Assembly: GCA_965198225.1 (NCBI GenBank)
Contig: CBDAOY010000005.1
Span: 640,001 to 704,000 of the forward strand
Reading direction: 5' to 3'
DNA length: 64,000 nt
Origin: Terriglobia bacterium
GTDB taxonomy: Bacteria; Acidobacteriota; Terriglobia; 20CM-2-55-15
The translations under genes and the position numbers were made by a program. This document shows positions 10,151-19,684 of the stretch, in pieces; position 1 is the first letter of the stretch, and each line of letters begins with the position of its first letter. The notes below the pieces were generated by a model. That model worked only from the letters and a program-made list of their open reading frames with translations, did not search any database and was not told the origin of the DNA.

Positions 10151-10654
10151 CTAGACAGCGGCGTCACCCGGCGGGCTGAAGCGGCCCCAGATCTCTATGC
10201 GGATCTCGCCGCGGTCGGTTCGGTGGGACTGGGTGAGTGACTGGACCCGACCTGCCAGCTCGACACCGGGATAACGTCTCTCACTTTCGGAGATCGTTTC
10301 TACAGATAACCATCCGAGTTTTCTTCGGTGAAGAATCCCAAAGTCGTCGGCCCACAACCCGATGACCTGAATCGAGGTCAGGTCGTTCGGGCCGGCCGCG
10401 ACATGCCGGAATTCGATCTCGCGCGAGCGCCCGGAGATGAACAGGTCCACGGTTTCTCGGGTTCGGGATATCCCCGCGACTTTGACGGAGCTGAATAGTC
10501 GGTCGGCGGCTTGAGGTGGGTTCTGGCGAACACGGATCAGGTGGGGTGGGTCACCGGGAAGCCGAAAGTCCTGATTCTCCTGGACCTCCAGGCGACTCGC
10601 GACAACTGGAGCCGGCGCATAGCCCGTCAGCCAGCGTTGCAGACCTTCCAACAC
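10151..10654 (-). CDS. Hypothetical protein (possible HIRAN-like C-terminal half)
   Basis: 167-aa ORF with plausible codon use; PNDLTSIQVIG..KLGWL loosely resembles HIRAN. Confidence 0.5.
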   Translation of the reverse strand: MLEGLQRWLTGYAPAPVVASRLEVQENQDFRLPGDPPHLIRVRQNPPQAADRLFSSVKVAGISRTRETVDLFISGRSREIEFRHVAAGPNDLTSIQVIGLWADDFGILHRRKLGWLSVETISESERRYPGVELAGRVQSLTQSHRTDRGEIRIEIWGRFSPPGDAAV

Positions 10655-10772
10655 AACCGAACCCTCCCGCAGGAGAGCGTCCCCCTAACTAAGTATGACG
10701 TAAAAACCGGGCAGCGCCATGCGTTTCCTACTTTTTTCTAGGAATTTAGACGACATGCCGGATTGGCCGGCC

Positions 10773-12320
10773 CTAGGAGCCTGTCGGCAATAAGGTTATT
10801 GAAGGATGCAAGGCGGCGTATTGGATGAAGAGGCGGCGAAAAGAGTCACAGACAATCCAAATGGAGCGGAGACAGCCTGTATGTTGTCTGTAGAAGCTGC
10901 TTTCCAAGAACCCTGGACCTTGATTCATGCTGCCGACATCTGTATCACCCCGTCCCGCGCGATACAGTTTCAATAGATTGTGTGTCAGGCACACCAGCGT
11001 CCACTCTGCCTGCACGTTCTCCAGTCCGCGGAGACTGAACCGGCGGAAGTGCCGGCATTCCTTGATCTGTCCGAATACCGGTTCCACAATCGCCTTGCGC
11101 ATCTTGTAAACCGCCCGGCCGGCCTCGCTTTGGAGTTTCTGTCTCATTTGCTGCAGAAGGTCACCTTCATCCGATACCTGGATGGGTGCGGCCGATGCGC
11201 CATGTTTATCCCTGCCTGTCGCCACGTGCAGGTCGATGCCTTCAACCCGCTTGTCGGCGACTTGCTCCGGGCTCCAATAGCCGGTATCGGCACTGCACGC
11301 CACCGGGGAGGCTCCCGTATTCTGCTTCACCTGTTCCAACATCGGTGCCAGTTGTTGTTTGTCGTTGCTCTGCTGCGTGATGTTGGCGGCCACGATGATC
11401 TGTGCTTCGCTATCCACGGCAATCTGTGCATTGTAGGCCTGTACGAAGCTGCCTTTGTGCGCCCCGTCGGGCATGATCCGGCTGTCCGGGTCCGTGAAGT
11501 TCCGTTGCGCCTTTGGTTCCGGCACCGCCTGCTCGGGATCGGGAACCTGCGGTGGGCGTCCCGGAGTCTTCCGACCTGTCTCAGCCTCCTTCTGGAGCCG
11601 TTCGGCGGTTCGGGCTTCCGCGGCCGCCTTCGTCTCCTCGGCCTTCTGCTGGGCTTCGGCTTCCAGTGCCGCCTTCGCCTCCCGGATCTTCTTCAGCCGA
11701 CTTTCACGCCGGGCCAACTCGTCGGGTAACTTGTCGGCCTGTCCTCGCCGTTCCTTCTCATCCTCGGCCGCATCCGCCGCTTCGGCCTGCCGGAGCAACT
11801 CTTCCACTTCGGCCTTCAACTTCTCCTCGGATTCACACATCCGACCGTAACTCATCGCCTTGTGTTTGCTTGCGTTCCCCTGCACCTTGCTCCCGTCCAC
11901 CGCCACATGCCCCAGTTTCACCAGCCCCGCCTTCTGGCACAATTGCAGCGCTTGCAGGAACAGTCCCGCCAGTGCTCCCAAATGCCGCTTCCGAAACTCG
12001 CTCACCGTGCTGTGATCCGGATGGGAATCCGCACTCAGGTACCGAAACGCCACATCCTCGTACGTCCGCTTCTCGATCTGCCGCGAGCTGACCACTCCGG
12101 TGCAATAGCCATAAATCAACAACCGCACCATCATCACTGGATGGTACGCCGCCTGCCCCCTCCCGTCCTTCTCCTCGTAGGACCGGTAGAATGCCGAAAG
12201 ATCCAACGTGTCCACCAAATCCACCACGAATCGCGCCAGGTGATTCTCCGGTAGCCAGTCGTGTAACGACGGCGGCATCAACAAGCCCTGGTCCAGATCG
12301 TCGATCAGAAAGCATTTCAT
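10773..12320 (-). CDS. IS1182-family DDE transposase
   Basis: WLPENHLARF, YHPVMM, PDHSTVSEFR, VDGSK..ANAS-like, NFTDPDSRIM, YNAQ, ADTGY, VEPVFGQIK. Confidence 0.95.
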   Translation of the reverse strand: MKCFLIDDLDQGLLMPPSLHDWLPENHLARFVVDLVDTLDLSAFYRSYEEKDGRGQAAYHPVMMVRLLIYGYCTGVVSSRQIEKRTYEDVAFRYLSADSHPDHSTVSEFRKRHLGALAGLFLQALQLCQKAGLVKLGHVAVDGSKVQGNASKHKAMSYGRMCESEEKLKAEVEELLRQAEAADAAEDEKERRGQADKLPDELARRESRLKKIREAKAALEAEAQQKAEETKAAAEARTAERLQKEAETGRKTPGRPPQVPDPEQAVPEPKAQRNFTDPDSRIMPDGAHKGSFVQAYNAQIAVDSEAQIIVAANITQQSNDKQQLAPMLEQVKQNTGASPVACSADTGYWSPEQVADKRVEGIDLHVATGRDKHGASAAPIQVSDEGDLLQQMRQKLQSEAGRAVYKMRKAIVEPVFGQIKECRHFRRFSLRGLENVQAEWTLVCLTHNLLKLYRAGRGDTDVGSMNQGPGFLESSFYRQHTGCLRSIWIVCDSFRRLFIQYAALHPSITLLPTGS

Positions 12321-12401
12321 AATGCCTCTTTCTACCAATCTCTTCAGCCATCTCAGGTCCGGACTGCTCTTCCGATCCGTGAATCTATTCCCGACAGGCT
12401 C
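10777..12401 (-). mobile_element. IS1182-family insertion sequence, apparently intact
   Basis: TIRs GAGCCTGTCGG(C/G)AATA (15/16 match); CTAG duplication at 10773-10776 and 12402-12405. Confidence 0.92.
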
Positions 12402-12443
12402 CTAGCTGCCGCTTCGATCGGACTTAGAGGGGGGCGAGCCCGG

Positions 12444-12598
12444 CTAGTGGCCCGTGACAGTGCTGTCGGCACCATCGGTCCGAAGGCTCGGTGTCATAAC
12501 GCCCTCGCAATGAAACAGCATTGGCTCGGGCGTCACTCCTAGAATCCGACGCCGTTCCGCCGAACGCTGGTACCGATATCTCCGTTACAGGCCACTAG
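12444..12598. mobile_element. MITE, internally deleted copy (155 bp)
   Basis: CTAGTGGCCCGTGAC...GTTACAGGCCACTAG; 3' half nearly identical to 10060-10150. Confidence 0.75.
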
Positions 12599-14925
12599 TT
12601 GTTCAGGCCCAGTCGAGAGACGAGTTTGCCGAAGCGTCCGTCTTGACGCAGCTCTTCGGGCCACGGCAGCAGCTTCACGCGGGACAGGTCGCTAACCTGA
12701 TCGTCGTAGGCCCGATCAAGCGCTTCGAACGCCTGGTCCAATTCTCCGATTCCCGCCTGGGCCAGCGCAAACTCCAGCGGCGATACGTAGTGCTCTTTCG
12801 ACAGATCTTCCAGCCGGCGGATGGCTTCGCGGGCCATCTCGTCGTTCCCGGCGAACCCGTGGGCCAGTGCGAGATAACCGAGGGCGAGACGCCCGTCTGA
12901 AAGCTCTACGGCTCGCTGGAATTCCGGGACAGCTTCGGCGTAGCGCCCGCTCTCGATGAACACGAACCCCAGGCGCCAGTATGCGAGTGAAAACTTCGGA
13001 TCGAGTTCGATCGTCTTGCGCAGCTGCACGGTGGCATCGTCCGGGAAACCGGCCAGCAGGAGGCTGTAGCCCAGATGATCGTTGATGATGAGGGATAACG
13101 GGTCAAGTTCCTGTGCGCGCCGCATCTCTTCGAGCGCCTCGTCAAAACGTTCCATGACGAGCAGGTACCAGGCGTACCACTGATGGCCGGTGGGATAACC
13201 TGGCTTCAAGTCGATCGCACGCTTGAATTCCCGTTCTGTCTCCGCCCAGTGGCGGTCGAAAAACAATCCCGCGAATCCCAGGGACGCATGAGCTTCGGCC
13301 AGAGTCGGATCCAGCTCCAGAGCCCGCCGGGCGGCGGCTTGCGCCTTCGGGTAGGAATCCTTCGGCGGCGTATAGTTGTAGTAGCCCAGTGCCATGAAAG
13401 CGTCCGCCATGCCCGAGTACGCCAGTCCGTAGTTGGGGTCCTGGTCGATCGCCTCTTGAAAATGCCGGATGGCCTGCCTGCTCCCACCCTCCGATCTCTT
13501 ATTCCAGCAGTAGCGTCCCTTCAGGTAAGACTGGTAGGCGCCGGTGTCCTCAGTCGGCCGTTTGGTCAGGCTTTTCTTCTCCTCCGGACTCAGTTGGATC
13601 TTGAGCTTCTCGGATATCGCCTGGGCAATTTCTTCCTGGACCTCGAATATGTCGTAGACAGTTTTGCGGTACTGGCCGCCCCATATCTGGGAATCGCGGA
13701 CAACGTTGATCAACTCGACCCGAACGACAAGGGTCCCCTCGCGTTCGAAGACCCGGCCGGTCAGCACGGCAGTGACATCGAGGGAGCGTCCGATTGTTTG
13801 TGGATCTTCCTCGCTTTCCTTGTACCGGAACACGGTACTTCGAGGCACGACACGGAGGTGGGTCAGTTGGGACAGGTTGCTGATGATGTTTTCGGTGATT
13901 CCGTCGCTCAGGTATTCCGAATCCGGATCGGAGCCTGCGATCTCGAAGGGCAGAACCGCAAGGGCCTCGATCGCGCCGCTTTTCCGGGCGCCGCTCTCCG
14001 GCTCTGCGGAGGGCGCTGCAAGACCGGAGGGACTTGCCACGGCCGCTCTGGCCGCGGAGCTTCCCCGAGGCCCGGTCTCCCGCCGCATCCGTCTCAGGTC
14101 CGCCAGCATGTCGGCTGCATTCTGGTATCGAAGCATCCGGTCTTTATCGAGAGCCTTCAAGATGATTTCGTCGAGCTTGGACGGAAGCTTCGAGTTCAGC
14201 GCCTTGGCGGACGGCGGTTGTCGGTTGACGATCGAGTCGTAGAGGGCCGCGACGTTGTCGCCCCGAAACGCGCGAACGCCGGTTGCCATCTCATAGATCA
14301 CCGCCCCGAGCGAAAACAGGTCGCTCCGCGTATCCACTTCTTCGCCCAGAGCTTGTTCCGGAGACATGTAGGCCAGGGTGCCCACCGCCGTGCCCGGTCG
14401 CGTGAGGGTTTCGTCGTTCAAGGTTGGCGTGCGGTAGGGACGGTCGCCTACCTGTGCCTGACGCGCCAGCTTGACGAGACCGAAATCCAGCACCTTCGCC
14501 TGACCACGCTCGGTGACGAATATGTTGGCCGGTTTGATGTCACGATGGACGACGCCCAGGGAGTGCGCCGCGTCGAGGGCATCGGCAAGTTGAATAGAAA
14601 GGTCGATGACGTCGTCCAGCTTCAGGGCTCCGCGACCGATTCGATACTTGAGTGTCTCGCCGCGCATCAGTTCCATCACGATGAAGGGGCTGCCCTCGTA
14701 GCTTCCCAGGTCGTAGATGGCACAGATGTTCGGGTGTTCGAGCGATGCCGCGGCCCGGGCTTCCTTTATGAAACGCCCGACGGCCTCCTTGTCCCCGGGG
14801 TTCGGCAGAAACTTCAGGGCGACATGGCGGCCGAGCATCGTATCCTCGGCTTCATAGACCACCCCCATACCGCCACCGCCCAACTTTTCGAGCACCCGGT
14901 AGTGTGAAACCATCTTGTCGATCAT
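12595..14925 (-). CDS. Hanks-type Ser/Thr protein kinase with TolB-N-like and TPR domains
   Basis: GGGGMGVVY, VALK, HRDIKPAN, DFG, YMSPEQ; LAVLPF..YLSDGITE; TPR-like helices. Confidence 0.95.
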   Translation of the reverse strand: MIDKMVSHYRVLEKLGGGGMGVVYEAEDTMLGRHVALKFLPNPGDKEAVGRFIKEARAAASLEHPNICAIYDLGSYEGSPFIVMELMRGETLKYRIGRGALKLDDVIDLSIQLADALDAAHSLGVVHRDIKPANIFVTERGQAKVLDFGLVKLARQAQVGDRPYRTPTLNDETLTRPGTAVGTLAYMSPEQALGEEVDTRSDLFSLGAVIYEMATGVRAFRGDNVAALYDSIVNRQPPSAKALNSKLPSKLDEIILKALDKDRMLRYQNAADMLADLRRMRRETGPRGSSAARAAVASPSGLAAPSAEPESGARKSGAIEALAVLPFEIAGSDPDSEYLSDGITENIISNLSQLTHLRVVPRSTVFRYKESEEDPQTIGRSLDVTAVLTGRVFEREGTLVVRVELINVVRDSQIWGGQYRKTVYDIFEVQEEIAQAISEKLKIQLSPEEKKSLTKRPTEDTGAYQSYLKGRYCWNKRSEGGSRQAIRHFQEAIDQDPNYGLAYSGMADAFMALGYYNYTPPKDSYPKAQAAARRALELDPTLAEAHASLGFAGLFFDRHWAETEREFKRAIDLKPGYPTGHQWYAWYLLVMERFDEALEEMRRAQELDPLSLIINDHLGYSLLLAGFPDDATVQLRKTIELDPKFSLAYWRLGFVFIESGRYAEAVPEFQRAVELSDGRLALGYLALAHGFAGNDEMAREAIRRLEDLSKEHYVSPLEFALAQAGIGELDQAFEALDRAYDDQVSDLSRVKLLPWPEELRQDGRFGKLVSRLGLNN

Positions 14926-15022
14926 GGTCCGCCTGGGTCCGCTCCGTAGTCGTCTCAAAAATAGGGTTCGGGGGGTCTGGGAGACAAATTCTATAAGAGA
15001 TCCAAAGTGCGGTCAAACTGGT

Positions 15023-15291
15023 CTAGTGGCCTGTAACAGAGAGAGTGATAGTGGCGTTGCGAGCGCAACGGTACCGGATACTAGGAGCGCCGCGCGAGTT
15101 AATGCTGCTTCATTGCGAGAAGGCGCGACGACGAAGACGGTGCTGTTCCGCCGCAACCCGAAGGGACGATGGGCCTTGCCAGCCAGGCAGAGGAGCTGGG
15201 AAGGAGCGAGTTTTTCCGTGTCTGAACAGTCGGGAGAGCACCCGCAAGGCCCATCGGCGACGCTGTCACTATCTCTGTAACAGGCGACTAG
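15023..15291. mobile_element. MITE (269 bp), left boundary of RiPP-like locus
   Basis: CTAGTGGCCTGTAAC...GTAACAGGCGACTAG; near-identical inverted copy at 20865-21133. Confidence 0.85.
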
Positions 15292-15800
15292 CAGCCTGTC
15301 GGACTTGGCAATGACAGTGGAGCATCGACGATCCGATAATTGAACATTGCCGAGGTCATTCGCAAGAAAAGCGTCGAAAGTGATTGTGATTTTGGGATCC
15401 ACGGGCTTGTGCAGCGGTCCAGCCAGGCGGCTTTCCGGCCAGGATCGGACGTTGGAGCGTGGATCGGCTGTGGGAGGGGACTGCTGAGTGAGATTGAAGA
15501 GCCGTTTCAGATTCCAGGCCATGCTGACCAGCGTCCATTCTCCGGATGCCCCGTCGAGTCCCCGGAGGTGAAACTGCCGAAATCCCAACACGGACTTGAC
15601 GATTCCAAATACCGGTTCGACGGTAGACTTGCGTTTGGCATAAATGGCCCGGCCATCGACGCTCGACAACCGATGCGCCATCGCGTCGACCGGACCCGCA
15701 TCGGGCGCCCCAGGCGGGGGCTCGGTCCAACGTTGTTCCACCGTCAGATGATGGCGGTCGCGTCCCATCGCTATGTACGGCGTCACGCCCGCCGCTTGCA
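15292..15800 (-). pseudogene. IS1182-family remnant (transposase C-terminus and one TIR)
   Basis: YAKRKSTVEPVFGIVKSVLGFRQFHLRGL..EWTLVSMAWNLKRL; end CAGCCTGTCGG abuts CTAG at 15288-15291. Confidence 0.85.
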
Positions 15801-16277
15801 ACCGTCGCCCAGGACATCTTTCTTTTCGACGGAACTGTGCGTGACAACCTGACCATGTGGGACAGCACGGTTCCGGAACGAAACCTGATCCGAGCCTGCG
15901 AAGATGCCGCCATCCACGAGACGATCCTGGAACTGCCGGGCGGCTACGACAGCGTGCTTCTCGAAGGCGGCGGCAACCTGAGTGGCGGCCAGCGGCAGCG
16001 TCTGGAGATCGCCCGGGCACTGGTCAACAACCCGTCGATCCTGATTCTGGACGAGGCGACCAGCGCGCTCGATGCCGAGACCGAGAATATCGTGATCGAG
16101 CGGCTCCGGATGCGCGGTTGTTCCTGCATCGTGGTCTCCCACCGGCTCAGTACCATTCGCGATTGTGACGAGATCATCGTTCTGGAGAAGGGGAAGGTCG
16201 TCGAACGCGGGACCCACGACGAACTGTGGAAGCTCGAAGGTCAGTACGCGCGGCTGATCCGGACCGCCAACGACTGA
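15795..16277 (+). pseudogene. 3' fragment of NHLP/NHLM-type ABC exporter (ATPase C-terminal half; 5' part missing)
   Basis: LATVAQDIFLFDGTVRDNLTMWD..LSGGQRQRLEIARALVNNPSILILDEATSALD; no Walker A, TM or C39 region upstream. Confidence 0.85.
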
Positions 16278-16278
16278 A

Positions 16279-19170
16279 ATGTTTGAGGATCGAAGTATCA
16301 GCTCGGCGGGAAGCCGAACGCATACCGTTCGGGGCCACCACCCGTTCGTTCTCGACGAACCCCGGGCGATGTGGGTCGTACGTACCGGTTCGGCGGCAGT
16401 GTTTGCGGCGCGCATCGAAGACGGCGCGCCGGTTGGGGAACGCCGCTTCGTCGGACGAGTAGGGAGCGGCGGCTCCCTGCTGGGATTGGGTACTGCAGAT
16501 TCTTCGATCCAGTTGATCGCTCTGGCGATCGAGGACCTCACGCTGGTCGAACATCCGCTGAACGGTCTTCCCGCGGACTATCTCATCGACGGGGCCCCTC
16601 TTTCGGAGCGTTTGGAAGATTGGGTCAGCCGCTCGTCGGCTTTCGTCGGTGCCGAATCGGGTTCGGCAGAAATCGAAAGAATCACCGAGTCCGGCGAGAT
16701 CTGTCTCGATGAGGGGCAGCGGACCCGTCCCGCCAGGGACACTGTTTTCTGGCTCAGCCCGAAAACAGGAAGGGCCGGCCTGCTCGGCGCCGAGTACATG
16801 GGGATTCGTCCCGGCGCCCGGGTGCCACTCGGTTCAGGTGCGTGGATCGAGGCTTCGGAGGCTGTAACGCTGACGGCCGCCAGGGCCGCCGAACTCGAGG
16901 TCCAGCAGATGCTCGACGGCCTCGACGAGTTCCATGCCCTTGTGGCAGCACACCTGGAGTCTCTGGACGCCTCCGAGCGAGAGGCGGAAGTGCGACGGTT
17001 GGAGCAACGCGGCGTTCTGCAGGCGCAGCTGCGCGAATCGGCGCTGGACGAGATGGCGTCCGTTCTGAACCCGCGGACCCTGCTGCCTCATCGCGACACC
17101 GACCTGTTGACCGCAGTCACGGCAGTGGGCGACGCTCTGGGCATAGAGATTCACCCCCCGGCGACATCGGAGAACCTGAAACGGGTGAAAGATCCAGTGG
17201 ACGCGATCGCGCGAGCCTCGCGTGTGAGACACCGTCGCGTCCTGTTGCGCGGCCGGTGGTGGGAAAACGACTGCGGGCCGCTCGTCGGCTACCTCGCCGA
17301 TGGGCATCGGCCGGTCGCTCTGCTGCGCACAAGGTATTCGCAATACGAGATCGTCGACCCGGAGACCAGAAAGCGGAAGCTCATCGACGACCGGGTGGCG
17401 GGTTTGCTCGACCCCGAAGCGGTGATGATCTACCGCCCGCTGCCGGACCGGGCACTGCGGGCATGGCACTTGATCGGTTTTTCGATGCGGGGCCGGAGTG
17501 GTGATGTTGCTTTTGTTCTGGGGCTGTCTGTTGTGGTCTCGATGATCGGCATGTTGACGCCGATGGCGACGGCTCTGGTACTGGACACGGCGGTTCCGGA
17601 CTCCGACCGGCGACTGTTGCTGGAGCTTGGACTCGGGCTGATTGCCGCGAGCGTCGGCGTCGGGCTGTTGGCGCTGGCCCAGGGGGTGGTCGCGATCCGG
17701 ATGTCGATCGCCACCGATGCGGTCACCCAGTCCGCGATGTGGGACCGCCTGTTGGCGCTGCGGCCTTCCTTCTACAAACGCTTTTCCAGCGGCGACCTGC
17801 TGTCACGAGCTTCAGCCGTCGGCGAGATCACGCGGGAACTCAACGGGACCACTTTGAAGACGATGCTTGCGAGTCTGATGGCGGTCTTGAACCTCGGCTT
17901 GTTGCTCTATTACAGCGCCAGTCTGGCTTGGATCGCGGTGGGGATGGCGTTGGTGACGGCCACGGTGACGGTCGTGGGCGGTTACTTCATTCGTCGCTAC
18001 AACCTGACGCTTCTGGAATTGAAAGGGGTGTTCTTTGGACTGGTGACGCAGATGATTCGGTCGGTAAGCAAGATTCGGGTCGCCGGGGCCGAGGAGCGGG
18101 CTTTTGCACTCTGGGTGCGGAAGTATTCCCAGCAGCTGGCTCTGATCCGGAAGTCGCAGAGTGCGGAAGACTATGTCATCGTCGTCAACCAGTTGGTGCC
18201 GACCATCAGCACGATGCTCCTGTTCTGGTTCGGTGTCGAGTTGCTGACCGGGGCGGGTGGGGAAGGCCGGATGAGCGTCGGCATCTTCCTGGCCTTCAAC
18301 ACGGCCCTCGGGGTTTTCGTCGGTGGTACAACAGCCCTGGGAAACTCATTCGTTCAGATCCTCGACACGCTCGCCAAGAGCAAGAGGATCACACCGATCC
18401 TCGAAGCCGAGCCGGAGGCCGACGAGTCGAAGGCCGATCCCGGACGCCTGGCCGGGGCGATCGCCCTGACCCACATCCACTTCCGGTATTCTCCCGATGG
18501 TCCGATGATCCTGGACGACGTCAGCTTCACCGCGGAGCCGGGCGAGTTTGTTGCCATCGTGGGGCCGTCCGGGAGCGGGAAGTCCACGCTGTTCCGGCTG
18601 CTGCTGGGGTTTGAATCGCCCGAGTCGGGCGTGATCACCTATGACGGTCAGGATCTGGTCGGCCTGGACGTAACCGCGGTGCGGCGTCAGCTCGGCACTG
18701 TTCTGCAGTCGGGCGTGCTCAACGCCGGTTCCATATTCGAAAACATCGGCGCCGGCGCGCTGATCACGCTCGACGAGGCCTGGGAGGCCGCCGAAGATTC
18801 CGGGCTGGCCGATGACGTCCGCGCCATGCCGATGGGAATGCACACGATGGTCAGCGATGGCGGCGGGAACTTCTCCGGCGGTCAGCGTCAACGTTTGTTG
18901 ATTGCTCGTTCAATCGTCACGCGCCCCAGCATCCTGCTGATGGATGAGGCGACCAGCGCGCTGGACAACCGGACCCAGGCGATCGTCAGCGAGAGTCTCG
19001 AACGGCGCAGGGTCACGCGGCTGGTCATCGCGCACCGGCTGAGCACGATTCAGAATGCCAACCGAATCTATGTACTGGATCGCGGAAGAGTCGTCCAGAC
19101 GGGGAGGTTCGCGGAGTTGTCGAAAACGGAAGGTGTTTTTTCCTCGTTGATGGCCAGGCAGCAGACGTAG
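16279..19170 (+). CDS. NHLP/NHLM bacteriocin-system ABC exporter, permease/ATPase subunit
   Basis: cNMP-like N-terminus, DAIARASRVRHRRVLL..WWENDCGPL signature, TM domain, GPSGSGKST, FSGGQRQR, DEATSALDN. Confidence 0.92.
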   Translation: MFEDRSISSAGSRTHTVRGHHPFVLDEPRAMWVVRTGSAAVFAARIEDGAPVGERRFVGRVGSGGSLLGLGTADSSIQLIALAIEDLTLVEHPLNGLPADYLIDGAPLSERLEDWVSRSSAFVGAESGSAEIERITESGEICLDEGQRTRPARDTVFWLSPKTGRAGLLGAEYMGIRPGARVPLGSGAWIEASEAVTLTAARAAELEVQQMLDGLDEFHALVAAHLESLDASEREAEVRRLEQRGVLQAQLRESALDEMASVLNPRTLLPHRDTDLLTAVTAVGDALGIEIHPPATSENLKRVKDPVDAIARASRVRHRRVLLRGRWWENDCGPLVGYLADGHRPVALLRTRYSQYEIVDPETRKRKLIDDRVAGLLDPEAVMIYRPLPDRALRAWHLIGFSMRGRSGDVAFVLGLSVVVSMIGMLTPMATALVLDTAVPDSDRRLLLELGLGLIAASVGVGLLALAQGVVAIRMSIATDAVTQSAMWDRLLALRPSFYKRFSSGDLLSRASAVGEITRELNGTTLKTMLASLMAVLNLGLLLYYSASLAWIAVGMALVTATVTVVGGYFIRRYNLTLLELKGVFFGLVTQMIRSVSKIRVAGAEERAFALWVRKYSQQLALIRKSQSAEDYVIVVNQLVPTISTMLLFWFGVELLTGAGGEGRMSVGIFLAFNTALGVFVGGTTALGNSFVQILDTLAKSKRITPILEAEPEADESKADPGRLAGAIALTHIHFRYSPDGPMILDDVSFTAEPGEFVAIVGPSGSGKSTLFRLLLGFESPESGVITYDGQDLVGLDVTAVRRQLGTVLQSGVLNAGSIFENIGAGALITLDEAWEAAEDSGLADDVRAMPMGMHTMVSDGGGNFSGGQRQRLLIARSIVTRPSILLMDEATSALDNRTQAIVSESLERRRVTRLVIAHRLSTIQNANRIYVLDRGRVVQTGRFAELSKTEGVFSSLMARQQT

Positions 19171-19183
19171 GTAGAGTGCGGAT

Positions 19184-19249
19184 AGGCCCGTATGTCTCTG
19201 TTTTAAACTAGCAGTATTTCAACACCTTAGAATAGGGACATACGGGCCT
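19184..19249. repeat. 13-bp perfect inverted repeat with AT-rich spacer between convergent genes (possible terminator)
   Basis: AGGCCCGTATGTC at 19184-19196 and GACATACGGGCCT at 19237-19249. Confidence 0.6.
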
Positions 19250-19274
19250 GCCCCTTTTTCTGGAAGAGTCATTG

Positions 19275-19613
19275 CTACCAACCAGGGAATACGGTTCCGG
19301 GTCCTCCCGGCTCGGGCTTGAACTGGTCAAATACGTTATCCCCACCAGATACGCCGCCGGCGACGGCTTCCAATTCTTCGTCGGAGAGTTCAGCTTCCAA
19401 GACGCCCTTCTGGATCATGTCCCGCTTGAGGCTTGCGCGAACTTCGAAGATCTCCTCGGCAGTGAAATCAAATCCTCGAGCCACTCCGACTCCGGACACA
19501 GCGCTAGCCGCAGCCAGACCTTCTTTCCCGTCGACTGCGATGCGGATTTCCTCCTGCATCGCAGCGTCTGCCCAGGCGGTCTCGAGGAACTTCAACGTCT
19601 TTTCGATACTCAT
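19275..19613 (-). CDS. Nif11/NHLP-like leader RiPP precursor (112 aa)
   Basis: AAGGAG RBS; MSIEKTLKFL..GFDFTAEE..ELSDEELEAVAGG leader; predicted core VSGGDNVFDQFKPEPGGPGTVFPGW. Confidence 0.88.
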   Translation of the reverse strand: MSIEKTLKFLETAWADAAMQEEIRIAVDGKEGLAAASAVSGVGVARGFDFTAEEIFEVRASLKRDMIQKGVLEAELSDEELEAVAGGVSGGDNVFDQFKPEPGGPGTVFPGW

Positions 19614-19684
19614 GCCACACTCCTTAAATCGCGAGCGGTGATGCGCTCGAACTCGTTCCAGAATCATTCGGTGTCGGAGGGGAG

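Noticed and set aside
15013-16020. 335-aa minus-strand ORF as a real gene
   Set aside because: It is a chimera of antisense ABC sequence, a transposase fragment and MITE read-through.
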